Virus record (IMG/VR): IMGVR_UViG_3300046380_000002
Location: 1 to 39,817 of that record
Source of the DNA: a virus
Taxonomy: Duplodnaviria > Caudoviricetes
Length of the DNA stretch: 39,817 nt
Strand: one strand, 5' to 3'
The position numbers and the translations under genes are program-made. Within the stretch, counting starts at the first letter, position 1. Each line of letters opens with the position of its first letter. A model generated the notes under the pieces. That model saw nothing but the letters and a program-made list of their open reading frames with translations, did no database searches and was not told the origin of the DNA. Of this stretch, positions 1 through 8,760 are shown in pieces.

Positions 1-245
1 GTCGTCGCCGCCGTCGTAACGCTCGGCATCTACCTCTACGCAACGATCCACGGATAGGAGGCGACATGACCTACAACCTTGACGAGTCCCATAACTCGCG
101 CAACTTCACGCCGGCCAGAGGTCCCTGCCACGTTCGGTTACCCGCGCACGGTCAAGTGGATCACTATCCACCACTGGGGCGACAACGGCCAGCAGTTCGA
201 TGTCGTGCGCGACTACCTGTGTACCAACACCACGCCAACATCCGC
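1..245 (+). repeat. Terminal overlap, left copy (assembly circularisation)
   Basis: Identical to 39571-39817 except that it lacks 2 bp (TC) after position 118. Confidence 0.95.
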
Positions 246-846
246 GCACTACGTTGTGCAGGCTGGGCAGGCTGCTTGCATCGTCAATGAGTCGGATGCT
301 GCATGGCACGCGGGCAACGCGCAGGGTAACGCGCAGTCCATCGGCATTGAGTGCCGCCCTGAGGCGACGGACGCCGACTATCAGACCATTGCCGAAGTCA
401 TCCGTGACATCCGCTCACGGTTCGGTGATGCGCCACTCGTGCCGCATAACTACTGGACTTCCACGGCATGCCCTGGCGACTACGATCTGGCCCGCCTTGA
501 TCGTCTCGCCCGAGCAACTGCCACTGCACAATCCACCATCGTCACCCCTATCAAGGAGGACACCTTGTCCGCAGCCGAAGTAACCCAAATCATCAACGCC
601 ATCAATGCGGACGGCGAGAAGACCCGCAACTATAACGCGGCGCTTCTCGTGGGGGACTGGTCAAACGCTGACGGGAAACACCCCGGCATCTGGCCCGTCG
701 TCGTCGCCAACCAGCGCCGCATCGACGCACTGACCAAAGCCCAGACAACCGCGCCCGTCACCCTCACCGATGCGCAGGTTCAGCAAGTCATCGCCGCACT
801 CCCCGCAGCAACTCTCGCCGCCTTCAAAGCCCAGATCAACAAGTAA
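66..846 (+). CDS. Endolysin, N-acetylmuramoyl-L-alanine amidase (Amidase_2 type)
   Basis: ITIHHWG, SAHYVV, AWHAGN, SIGIE, PH..W..TACPG Zn-amidase motifs; GGAGG RBS before ATG 66. The right-hand copy (39636 onward) is in frame (MTYNLDESHNSRNFTPASQVPATFGY), so the split 66/79 ORFs reflect a 2-bp defect in the left copy. Confidence 0.93.
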
Positions 847-856
847 GGAATCACGC

Positions 857-1288
857 ATGAATGCTCTTGTCGCATCCGTCATTCGCACCATCATCCCCAT
901 TGCAGTCGGGCAGGTAGCCTCCTGGCTGCTCCTGCTGAACATTGTCCTCCCAACGCCGGCCGCTGCTGGCCTGAGCGCGTTCCTTGGCGGTCTGCTCACG
1001 GCAATCTATTACGTCGGAGTCCGGGTGCTTGAGCAACAGTGGCCCATCGTCGGCGTCCTACTCGGCCTTCCGGTCTCCCCTGACACGTACTCGAAGGCAA
1101 CCGCGACCGCTGTAGTTCCCGCAAATCCCACGACATCCGCTGACGCCGCGACCGTTGTCAATGTCACGCCCCCTTCCGGAATCGTCCCTGATCTGCCTGT
1201 CGTGCCGCTGGTGACCGTGGACATTCCGCCGACAGCCATCGCATCTGATCCGTGGGCCCCGACGACAGCCGCAGCGCCCGCACAGTAG
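857..1288 (+). CDS. Holin-like membrane protein with Pro/Thr/Ala-rich tail
   Basis: Directly after the endolysin; AAGGAA RBS; 2-3 hydrophobic segments (SVIRTIIPIAVG..., LSAFLGGLLTAIYY..R.LE..WP). Confidence 0.75.
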   Translation: MNALVASVIRTIIPIAVGQVASWLLLLNIVLPTPAAAGLSAFLGGLLTAIYYVGVRVLEQQWPIVGVLLGLPVSPDTYSKATATAVVPANPTTSADAATVVNVTPPSGIVPDLPVVPLVTVDIPPTAIASDPWAPTTAAAPAQ

Positions 1289-1304
1289 AAATGGTGGACC
1301 CCGA

Positions 1305-2483
1305 ATGAGCCTCAGCTATATTGCCGTTGACATCAATACGGGGTCCATCATCGCGGATCTCCCTGACGCAATCTTCCAAGGGGCGATGCCTCAAACGCTG
1401 ATGCGGTACGAGTCGCAGACGGCAGAAATACCACTCGATTCCGCCCCCTCGAATTGGCTGACAGCAACCAGGCCGGGATCTGCCGCGATCATCTGTCTTT
1501 CGGGTGATGCGGTGACGCCACTGTGGGGCGGGCACATAACAACCCGGACCACGGACGAAACAGGAAACATCACTGTAAGCCTGGCAACTGCCGAAGCGTA
1601 TCTTGACCGGGTCTATGTGGGGGATGAGAAATTCCTTGCCACCGACCAGAACACCATCATTCAAAACCTGGTCACCAAGTACATTGCACGCCCGGGCGGT
1701 ATCCCCATCCGTGTCCAGATTGTCGGCCCGGCTGGCACTGTCCGGGATCGTGCCTATGCGGACACGGATGACAAGACAATCTACAGCCTTTTGGGTGAGT
1801 TGTCCGGCGTTGTAGGCGGCCCTGAATGGACTATCGGTTGGGAGTACGCTGCAGGGCTTTATACGCCCGTCCTATATGTCGGCAACCGGATTGGCGCGGA
1901 TATTACAGCAGGGCTAGGCCCCAATGTTGTGTTCAATATGCCTGGGCCTGTCACGAAGGCGTCACTGGTGGAGTCCTTCGCCGCAGGGGCTGGTGCAAAC
2001 ACTGTCATTGCCACATCGACGGGCATGGGCGGTGCTCGACCCCAGTCAGTACCGCAGGTCCCGGTGACCGGAACCAACGGGCGCCCGATCTATGAATACC
2101 GGTTTAGCCCGGCAACCCAGATCACAGTCACTGACACGCTCACTTCACATGCCCAACGCGCCCTCGCATCCATGCAAAACGGATCCACTGCTCTCACTAT
2201 CCAGGCCAGCCGACAGGAAGCCCCAAGGCTATCCCGTGATTGGAGCCTTGGAGACACGATTGGCTTCGACCTCACCAGCGCGGCATGGCCTGACGGTATC
2301 CAAGGCAACGCCCGGGCCATCGGGTGGCAGCTGGACGACAACACTATCGTCCCAATCCTTGACGCATCCACTATCGGCGGACTTGACGGCATGAGCGGCA
2401 ACCCGCGCCCCTTTGCGTCGAAGCCAGTGAGCATATACCCGGGCACGACATCATTCCCCTCGACGACGACTTACCCGGCATAA
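1305..2483 (+). CDS. Minor tail protein (baseplate hub / ReqiPepy6 gp37-like)
   Basis: 392 aa; LWGG.I, DQ..I...L, GPEW and LGD.I motifs typical of actinophage tail-tip proteins; tail context. Confidence 0.75.
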   Translation: MSLSYIAVDINTGSIIADLPDAIFQGAMPQTLMRYESQTAEIPLDSAPSNWLTATRPGSAAIICLSGDAVTPLWGGHITTRTTDETGNITVSLATAEAYLDRVYVGDEKFLATDQNTIIQNLVTKYIARPGGIPIRVQIVGPAGTVRDRAYADTDDKTIYSLLGELSGVVGGPEWTIGWEYAAGLYTPVLYVGNRIGADITAGLGPNVVFNMPGPVTKASLVESFAAGAGANTVIATSTGMGGARPQSVPQVPVTGTNGRPIYEYRFSPATQITVTDTLTSHAQRALASMQNGSTALTIQASRQEAPRLSRDWSLGDTIGFDLTSAAWPDGIQGNARAIGWQLDDNTIVPILDASTIGGLDGMSGNPRPFASKPVSIYPGTTSFPSTTTYPA

Positions 2484-2494
2484 GGAGATGGACT

Positions 2495-4135
2495 ATGACC
2501 CCACGCACATGGAATAACGGGCCGCTCGGCAACACACCCATTACCGCAGCCGCACTGAACGGGATGGAGTCGGACATTGCGGCGGCAGTGTCGTCCGCTG
2601 CCGCTTCGGCCACATCAGCAGCTAACTCGGCAGCGCTCGTGGGCGCACCATCCGATACCGTGATTGCCGCAGCAATCACCGGGCCAGGAACCCAGACGGC
2701 CACGGCACTGAATGCCACTTATGGCCGCGCCTACCGCCCCGAGGCGTTCGGGGCAGTAGGCGACGGCGTCACCGATGACCTGCCCGCATTCCAGGCCATC
2801 CAGGCAGCGATCGCAAAAAACCCAGCCATCCCAGCCAGCATCGTGGTTACCGGCACGCACTATGTATCCAACTCCGTGTATTTCGACGGGGAGAACATCG
2901 AATGCTATCTCGCTGCCGGGTCGCACATCTTCACGAAAGCGCCCACAAACCAGGGCCAAACCCTCGGTTTCATCGGGTACCTCGGCAGCGGCACCGCAAC
3001 GTCCCCCGTCCGGGCCAGGGTAAAAATCCACGGCCCCGGCAAAGTCACTGGCTGGCGTGGCGCGTCCCCATCAACGGCAGTGAACAACGAAAACGCTATC
3101 GGCGTTGTCCGATACGCCAGTGTTGAAATTGACGGACCACAAGACCTTGAAGCAGGCAACAAAGCATTCACAACCCAATACGGAATCACCAGCGTCAAGG
3201 TACGGAACCTCGGCGTTCTGCGCGCAAACTTCCGCGGCGTGAGCATCGAGGACGGCACGACGCAAGTTGATATTCAAAATGTCAACGTCGCGTCCTCCGG
3301 CTCATCAGCAGTTACGGCATCAGGACAAAAGGTGACCGTCAAGGGTATCTTCGGCGACCAGATTTTGACGGGCAGCTACGCCACAGAGGCCGCTGTGAGA
3401 CTCACCGGAACCCCACTGAATGTTGGAGTAGCAGATGATATCCGCATCGTTTCGGCAGGTAGCGGCAAGGGTCTGATCATCTCAGCGTCTGACACGCTGG
3501 CCATGGCTGACCACATCAGAATCGGAGCCTCCACCGGAAACGCCGTCGAACCGCAGAACTGCACAGGCTCCGTATACATCGGGGTTGTGGATGCCCCGAG
3601 CTCGCCGGACAAAGTTGTCGCCGTGGGAACGACGCCCGCAGCGGCGGTCAAGCGGATCAACCAGCCCGAAGCGTCGACCGTGACGATCGCAGCGACCCGC
3701 CTCACACCCGTTACCGGAACCCCGGTAGTGGGAATGGCCGGCGCCCAGCTTCCCGGATACATCCTGGACTCCACTGCGGCGGAAGCAGTAGCTGTCCTAT
3801 TGGGCAGAGACGTTATCCCCGCCTCGTGGAAGACATTCGCGGTAGACATTTCCTGGACGAATACGACCGCCAACGTGGGAGACGTCCGGCATGACGCTTC
3901 TTACACGTGGCTCGGAGACGGAGATGCCTTCGCGACGGGAACGTATGTCAGCGGGACAGCCCAATCTGCGCCAACAGCATTCGGGACGCAGAAAACTACC
4001 CGAGTAGTGTCAGCAATCACGGCTGACGCGGCGAAAAGTCTCTACCTGCGTGTCATCCGAAACGGCGGCGATGCTTCGGACACCCTCGCGAACGACTCGG
4101 GATTAGTAGCTATCAAGCTGACCCGCCTCTCGTAA
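2495..4135 (+). CDS. Tail spike / receptor-binding protein with right-handed beta-helix (pectate-lyase-like depolymerase)
   Basis: N-terminal W.NG..G.TPITAAALNGME anchor; FGAVGDGVTDD..AFQA beta-helix cap; repetitive V/I/G/N strands. Confidence 0.85.
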   Translation: MTPRTWNNGPLGNTPITAAALNGMESDIAAAVSSAAASATSAANSAALVGAPSDTVIAAAITGPGTQTATALNATYGRAYRPEAFGAVGDGVTDDLPAFQAIQAAIAKNPAIPASIVVTGTHYVSNSVYFDGENIECYLAAGSHIFTKAPTNQGQTLGFIGYLGSGTATSPVRARVKIHGPGKVTGWRGASPSTAVNNENAIGVVRYASVEIDGPQDLEAGNKAFTTQYGITSVKVRNLGVLRANFRGVSIEDGTTQVDIQNVNVASSGSSAVTASGQKVTVKGIFGDQILTGSYATEAAVRLTGTPLNVGVADDIRIVSAGSGKGLIISASDTLAMADHIRIGASTGNAVEPQNCTGSVYIGVVDAPSSPDKVVAVGTTPAAAVKRINQPEASTVTIAATRLTPVTGTPVVGMAGAQLPGYILDSTAAEAVAVLLGRDVIPASWKTFAVDISWTNTTANVGDVRHDASYTWLGDGDAFATGTYVSGTAQSAPTAFGTQKTTRVVSAITADAAKSLYLRVIRNGGDASDTLANDSGLVAIKLTRLS

Positions 4136-5400
4136 GGCGTTATGCGCTTTGGTTTTTCCATTGATTGAGTGATCCCTGCGCGAGAAAGTCTGACTCGCGC
4201 AGGCTCAATCAGAACCATTAGAAGCGTTAGCGTACCAACATCAAGGTCTTCAACAACCCCGTGAATAGCGATTGCAACCACAAGCGCTAACCCTGTCCAG
4301 TCTCGCATGCGGTAGGTGCGCACAATCCTGACCATGACGAACAAGGAAAATAGGACAACGGCAACTATCCCACCTCGCACTAGCATGCTTACGTAAGTGC
4401 TCTCGCTGCCTGCGCCACGCCCCAGTGCCTCGATGAACGGCTTGGCCCCGTTTCCGGCGAGTAGTACGAAGAATCCATTTCCTGCCGCCACGTCAAATCC
4501 TTCACCGTAAGACGTGAATCTGGTACCTGACGATCCAGGACGGAGGGAGTCCTGGTCTAACAAAAGCCCTTGCCATGGAAGTGTCAGCATTGATACTAGC
4601 AGAGTGGCTGAGACGACAATCCCCGCGAGTGCGGGGCCGCCGATAAGTGGAGAGCAAACGCAGTACACGGCATACACGGCAATGGTAAGGATCAGAATTG
4701 CCCATGACACGCGGGAATAGGAGAATGTCAGGCTGCACAAGTTCAAGACGACTGCAATGACCCAGCGGAACCTGGACATGCCAGCGTTTCGCAGATTTTT
4801 TCTCCCGAGGATCAAGAGGATTAGTACCAAACAGGCAAATCCACCTGACCACGCGGCGGTGGCCATCATCCCGGAGCTTCTGACAATCCCTCCACCAAAA
4901 TAGTCAGTGTATGCCAATCTTGCCGTGAGCCATGCCGAAATTCCGCCAGATGAATCACTCATAACTCTGCTTGCCGGCAAGGCTATAAGACTAAGCGGTG
5001 ACGGATGAGCCGCTACCGCCACCGCTGAGAATAGGCCTTGCAGTGAGCCAATGAATATTATGCCTCGAACAAACTGCAGGTTGCGTTCTGGGCTTAGTTT
5101 ACGCAAGACGTGAAGCATTATGGCTGCGCCAATCCACACTAAGGCACCATAGGCAGCACCAGAAAACCGTCCCGCGCCCACCTCCCCGGTCAGCGTGAAC
5201 ACGCCAAGAATGAGCAGGAGCCACACGCCAAGAAAAGCGAGAATCTTCGTCTCGGCCGAAGCTCGCAGCTTTTCCTTCGACTTCATCGCGCTCAGTATGG
5301 GAACGGCCAGCCACCAGAGGAAGCCGAGTCCAGCTGCCCAAAATACGACGAAAAGCCGGACGCTTGTACCGGCATTTGATACTCGTTTAGCGCTTCCCAA
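4042..5400 (-). CDS. Wzy / O-antigen ligase-like polytopic membrane protein (moron)
   Basis: About 11-12 hydrophobic segments; SYSR.SW, S.GTR, G.G and STYV.ML..GG.V motifs in the order seen in Wzy_C proteins; visibly lower GC; antisense to tail genes; start codon uncertain (TTG). Confidence 0.75.
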   Translation of the reverse strand: MGSAKRVSNAGTSVRLFVVFWAAGLGFLWWLAVPILSAMKSKEKLRASAETKILAFLGVWLLLILGVFTLTGEVGAGRFSGAAYGALVWIGAAIMLHVLRKLSPERNLQFVRGIIFIGSLQGLFSAVAVAAHPSPLSLIALPASRVMSDSSGGISAWLTARLAYTDYFGGGIVRSSGMMATAAWSGGFACLVLILLILGRKNLRNAGMSRFRWVIAVVLNLCSLTFSYSRVSWAILILTIAVYAVYCVCSPLIGGPALAGIVVSATLLVSMLTLPWQGLLLDQDSLRPGSSGTRFTSYGEGFDVAAGNGFFVLLAGNGAKPFIEALGRGAGSESTYVSMLVRGGIVAVVLFSLFVMVRIVRTYRMRDWTGLALVVAIAIHGVVEDLDVGTLTLLMVLIEPARVRLSRAGITQSMEKPKRITPYERRVSLIATNPESFARVSEASPPFRMTRR

Positions 5401-5484
5401 AACAACCTACTTCCCCCACAAGATTTTAGTCAATTCTAGCGGCAGGTGACGGACCGATAGGACCGGTAGTGTTCCCCATCCATC

Positions 5485-5514
5485 AAGCCCCTTCGCTGGG
5501 GCTTTTTCATGCCC
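5485..5514 (+). terminator. Intrinsic terminator-like hairpin
   Basis: AAGCCCC-ttcgct-GGGGCTT followed by TTTCATGCCC. Confidence 0.65.
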
Positions 5515-5529
5515 GAAAGTAGGCACGCA

Positions 5530-6255
5530 ATGATTCCAGGTCTTCCCGGTTCGCAGGTCAGAAACGACGGCGACGTGATGCGCATGATCCAGGACATGCA
5601 ACGCGACATTCGCGAACTGAAGGCGCAGAACGTCCTAGCAACAGCGGGGATAACGACACAACCGGGCGGCATTACCGTGACGGGCACTGAGACAGTGACG
5701 GGCAACCTGAACGTGTCAGGATCGGAAACAGTCACGGGCAGCCTCGATGTTCAGGGTCCGGCAACGTTTGAGGGGACCACTACGATTGGCGGTAACGCGT
5801 CTATCACCGGCACGCTGTCCCTGCCGGCCGGGATCATCGGCAACGACGCACTGACGAGCCCAGTGTTTCCTGCCGCCGCCCATGCTGATGCGACAAACTT
5901 TGACCTAGCTACGGGGGTGAATGTGGAGAAAGTCCGCGCAACGGTGGCGGTTCCTGCTGGCTACACGAAAGCACTCGTCATGGCCACAGCTTCCATGAGC
6001 AATCAAAACTCAAACACATCCGCCGATGACATGTATGTGACCTGCAATATCAATGGGGCAGTGTCCGGTTGGGCTGGCCAGGAAACGGTAGGGCCGGGTG
6101 AACGCGGCTTCGTAATGAACTCGGCATCAGTCGTTCTGACGGGACTTTCATCATCGTTTTACATTGCCGCTAAGGCCAGCTCGAGCACCTATGCTTGGCC
6201 TGCGAATATCAATGCGACGACAAATGTTGATGCGATTGTCCTGTTTCTCCGCTAG
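5530..6255 (+). CDS. Minor tail protein (tail tip / fibre-like)
   Basis: N-terminal coiled coil (IQDMQRDIREL), TVTG/NVSG beta repeats, C-terminal beta-rich domain; start placed at ATG 5530 after GAAAGTAGG. Confidence 0.7.
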   Translation: MIPGLPGSQVRNDGDVMRMIQDMQRDIRELKAQNVLATAGITTQPGGITVTGTETVTGNLNVSGSETVTGSLDVQGPATFEGTTTIGGNASITGTLSLPAGIIGNDALTSPVFPAAAHADATNFDLATGVNVEKVRATVAVPAGYTKALVMATASMSNQNSNTSADDMYVTCNINGAVSGWAGQETVGPGERGFVMNSASVVLTGLSSSFYIAAKASSSTYAWPANINATTNVDAIVLFLR

Positions 6256-6270
6256 AGGTGCGGCAGCAAC

Positions 6271-6753
6271 CTAGGGTTGCGCGGGGTAGTTTAGGATCGC
6301 CGTTGATCCATCAGTTGGCTGCTTGCCCTTGTCAGCGTTTTTGAGGTCACCCGGCGCCGGGGTCCCCACATTGTTAGGTTCGACGGTTGGCTCGGTGACA
6401 GGCTCCTGAACTACCGGCGCGGGCGCGGCGGTCACAACAGGGGCCGGATCCGCTACAGGTGCAAGAACCGGTGCAGGTTCGACCGGAACAACAGGCGCAT
6501 CCGTAACAACAGGCGCCGGGGATTCCTCAACGACGGGTGCGGCGGCGGGTGTAACGGTCACAGTGGGCTCCATGGTCGGCTTTACGGTTGGAACTGACGC
6601 CGAAGCAGTCTTGGCCGGCGCAGAAGATGAAACGGATATAGCAGGCGCAGGGGTCGGTGCAGTATCCGCGTTAGCCAAGGAAATCCCGGCAAACAATCCA
6701 CCCACGAGCAGAAGCGATGCAGCGGCCCCCAATGATGCTGACTTTTTATCCAT
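6271..6753 (-). CDS. Secreted Pro/Ala/Thr/Val-rich protein (moron)
   Basis: Signal peptide MDKKSASLGAAASLLLVGGLFAGISLANA; low-complexity PAPV repeats; -10-like TAGACT 6 nt before ATG (leaderless). Confidence 0.75.
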   Translation of the reverse strand: MDKKSASLGAAASLLLVGGLFAGISLANADTAPTPAPAISVSSSAPAKTASASVPTVKPTMEPTVTVTPAAAPVVEESPAPVVTDAPVVPVEPAPVLAPVADPAPVVTAAPAPVVQEPVTEPTVEPNNVGTPAPGDLKNADKGKQPTDGSTAILNYPAQP

Positions 6754-6915
6754 TCTTCGAGTCTACTCAGAATCACCAGAATTAAAAGCCCGAAGAACAA
6801 AACGCGGGCGCCGAGGTGGTGAGCAGCCGCGTAGTGGCTCGTTGTGGGCTATAGAAATGGTGTTGGCTAAAGTGATGGCTACAGTAGACATATTCTGAAC
6901 CGTCTTGTTAAACAG

Positions 6916-6936
6916 AAAAACCCCTATTTCTAGGGG
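6916..6936 (-). terminator. Terminator downstream of the attP tRNA fragment
   Basis: Minus strand CCCCTA-gaaa-TAGGGG-TTTTT just 3' of the tRNA fragment. Confidence 0.7.
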
Positions 6937-6943
6937 CCTATCT

Positions 6944-7000
6944 GGGTAGCGGCACCGAGACTCGATCTCGGGACCTCACGATTATGAGTCGTGCGCTCTA
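6944..7000 (-). other. attP core: 3' portion of tRNA-Met(CAT)
   Basis: Minus strand TAGAGCGCACGACTCATAATCGTGAGGTCCCGAGATCGAGTCTCGGTGCCGCTACCC contains the anticodon arm (CAT), T arm and 3' acceptor strand but no 5' end; adjacent to the integrase. Confidence 0.9.
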
Positions 7001-7113
7001 GGGTAGAATTGACTCAAGAACCCCTAGAATCCGCGGAATTTGGGGGTGCTAGACTTGCCAGCAATGGCTAGCTCTGGCTAGCAATGGCTAACAGAATGGC
7101 TAAAGGTGAAATC

Positions 7114-8298
7114 ATGGCAACTCGCGGCAAGGGTGAAGGCTCCATATACAAGCGATCCGACGGCATGTGGTGCGCCTCCGTAGACCTGCCAAAAGGGCTA
7201 GACGGCAAGCGCCGCCGAAAGGTGATCTGCCGCAAAGACAAGGCCATGGTTGTGAAGCTCATGCGTGAAGCGCAGGCCCAGGTTGCCAAGCACGGGAACA
7301 TCGCCACAAGCTCGACCACGCTTGAGAAGTGGATGCGGCACTGGATCGATGACATCGCAGCACTGAAACTCCGGCCTAAGACACTCGCCGGCCATCGCAC
7401 CGTCATGGACAACTACATCATTCCGATCCTTGGTAGCAAGCGACTTGAGAAGTTGACGGCCGCCGATGTCCGAAAGCTGCACATGGCCATGCAGTCCACG
7501 CCCAAGGATCTGACGTTGCGTGGTGAGACTGACCTGCCGCCTGGCACTGAGATGCTATCCAGCACCTATGCCCGCCTTGCCCATAACGTACTGTCCGGCT
7601 CGCTCAAGGTTGCGTTGCGTGAAGGTCGAATCACAGCAAACCCATGCGATCTCGTAGATAAGCCAACCGCCCGCATAACGGAGCAGAAAGCTCTTGACGT
7701 ACCCGAGGCCATCAAACTCCTAAAGCACCTCGCAACACGACAGGACCGGGCACTGTGGGCAACCTACCTGCTGACCGGTGCGCGCCGCGGCGAGATCCTT
7801 GGACTAGAAGCCGACCGCGTTACAGATGAGCTGGACCTGTCATGGCAGCTTCAGCGCATCACGGACATATCTAAGGCCCCGCAAGACTGGGAGCACCGGC
7901 ACCTTAGATCCACGCTCTACCTGTCTAGGCCTAAGTCAAAAGCTGGCTGGCGTGTCGTGCCACTTGTCGAGCCACTGAAGTCCATCCTCGCTCTTCACGT
8001 TGGCAACCAGCGCGAGGGGCTCGTTTTCACCCGCAACGGGGAACCGTGGGATCCGGATGCGGCAACCAAGGCGTGGGCGTCACTACTCATTGAGGCTGGC
8101 CTACCTGACGATGTCGTATTGCACGGATCACGGCATACAGCCGTTGATCTACTCTATGAAGCAGGAGTGCCAGAGCAGGTCATCATGGAGATTGTTGGGC
8201 ACACAACCCGCGCAGTCACTCGCGGCTACAAGACCAAGGGCAACCGGAAGCAGCTCACTGACGCCATGGACAAGATGAGCAAACTGCTCGAAGCATAA
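7114..8298 (+). CDS. int: Tyrosine integrase
   Basis: GEGSIY arm-binding N-terminus; catalytic R (GARRGE), HxxR (HGSRH), GH and Y (RGY); start placed at ATG 7114 after AAAGGTG. Confidence 0.97.
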   Translation: MATRGKGEGSIYKRSDGMWCASVDLPKGLDGKRRRKVICRKDKAMVVKLMREAQAQVAKHGNIATSSTTLEKWMRHWIDDIAALKLRPKTLAGHRTVMDNYIIPILGSKRLEKLTAADVRKLHMAMQSTPKDLTLRGETDLPPGTEMLSSTYARLAHNVLSGSLKVALREGRITANPCDLVDKPTARITEQKALDVPEAIKLLKHLATRQDRALWATYLLTGARRGEILGLEADRVTDELDLSWQLQRITDISKAPQDWEHRHLRSTLYLSRPKSKAGWRVVPLVEPLKSILALHVGNQREGLVFTRNGEPWDPDAATKAWASLLIEAGLPDDVVLHGSRHTAVDLLYEAGVPEQVIMEIVGHTTRAVTRGYKTKGNRKQLTDAMDKMSKLLEA

Positions 8299-8331
8299 AA
8301 GGCCCCGCACCTACTTGGTGCGGGGCCTTTT
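8297..8331. terminator. Bidirectional intrinsic terminator between int and repressor
   Basis: AAAA-GGCCCCGCACC-tactt-GGTGCGGGGCC-TTTT. Confidence 0.9.
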
Positions 8332-8490
8332 CTATTTGTCAGTGGCAGGGGCTAGCATTGGCATCCAGCGCATCGCACAATCGGGTATGGGGGAAGAATG
8401 GCTAGGGGAAACGCAAGCGAGTCGGCAGAGTTGCCGGGCGTTGAGAAGTATGGGCACATTACCGTTCGAGAGGCTGGCGATATTGCCGAG

Positions 8491-8760
8491 TCACTCGGAA
8501 TCTCCTTGCTTGAGTTGCTTCGCGGCTAGGCGATCTTCGGCGCGGTCTATGATCTCGCCCATCGGTACATTGAGGGCCCTGCAGATGTCTGCCAGGGCCT
8601 TCACTGGTATATCCCTGTCTCCGTGCATGTATCGGTGAAGTGTTATTTTTACCATCCCTGCGCGCTCCGCAACTTCATCCATGGTTATGCGTTGCACTGC
8701 TCGCTCCGACCGTAGCTCTTCGGCGATGGCAGTTTGAATCTCTGCTCCGTAGTTACCCAT
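8491..8760 (-). CDS. Immunity repressor (XRE HTH)
   Basis: ITMDEVAERAGMVKITLHRYMHGDRDIP HTH; divergent from cro; TTGTGT-17-TAGATT promoter 7 nt upstream of ATG 8760 supports this start. Confidence 0.88.
   Translation of the reverse strand: MGNYGAEIQTAIAEELRSERAVQRITMDEVAERAGMVKITLHRYMHGDRDIPVKALADICRALNVPMGEIIDRAEDRLAAKQLKQGDSE

Larger units (their letters stand above)
6864..7102 (+). repeat. Integrase arm-type binding sites (TGGCTA x6)
   Basis: TGGCTA at 6864, 6876, 7065, 7075, 7085 and 7097, flanking the att core on both sides. Confidence 0.65.

Noticed and set aside
66-290. ORFs 66-290 and 79-846 as separate genes or a programmed frameshift
   Set aside because: The duplicate copy at the window end has 2 extra bp that fuse them into one endolysin frame.
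2495-6255. Diversity-generating retroelement or invertible tail-fibre switch
   Set aside because: No reverse transcriptase, invertase, template/variable repeat pair or inverted crossover sites were seen.
6944-7000. Functional phage tRNA-Met gene
   Set aside because: The 5' acceptor strand and first half of the D arm are missing; the position beside int indicates attP.
8338-8490. Small minus-strand ORFs between the repressor and the terminator
   Set aside because: Only 35-41 codon frames with no RBS or recognisable motif; cannot be supported.
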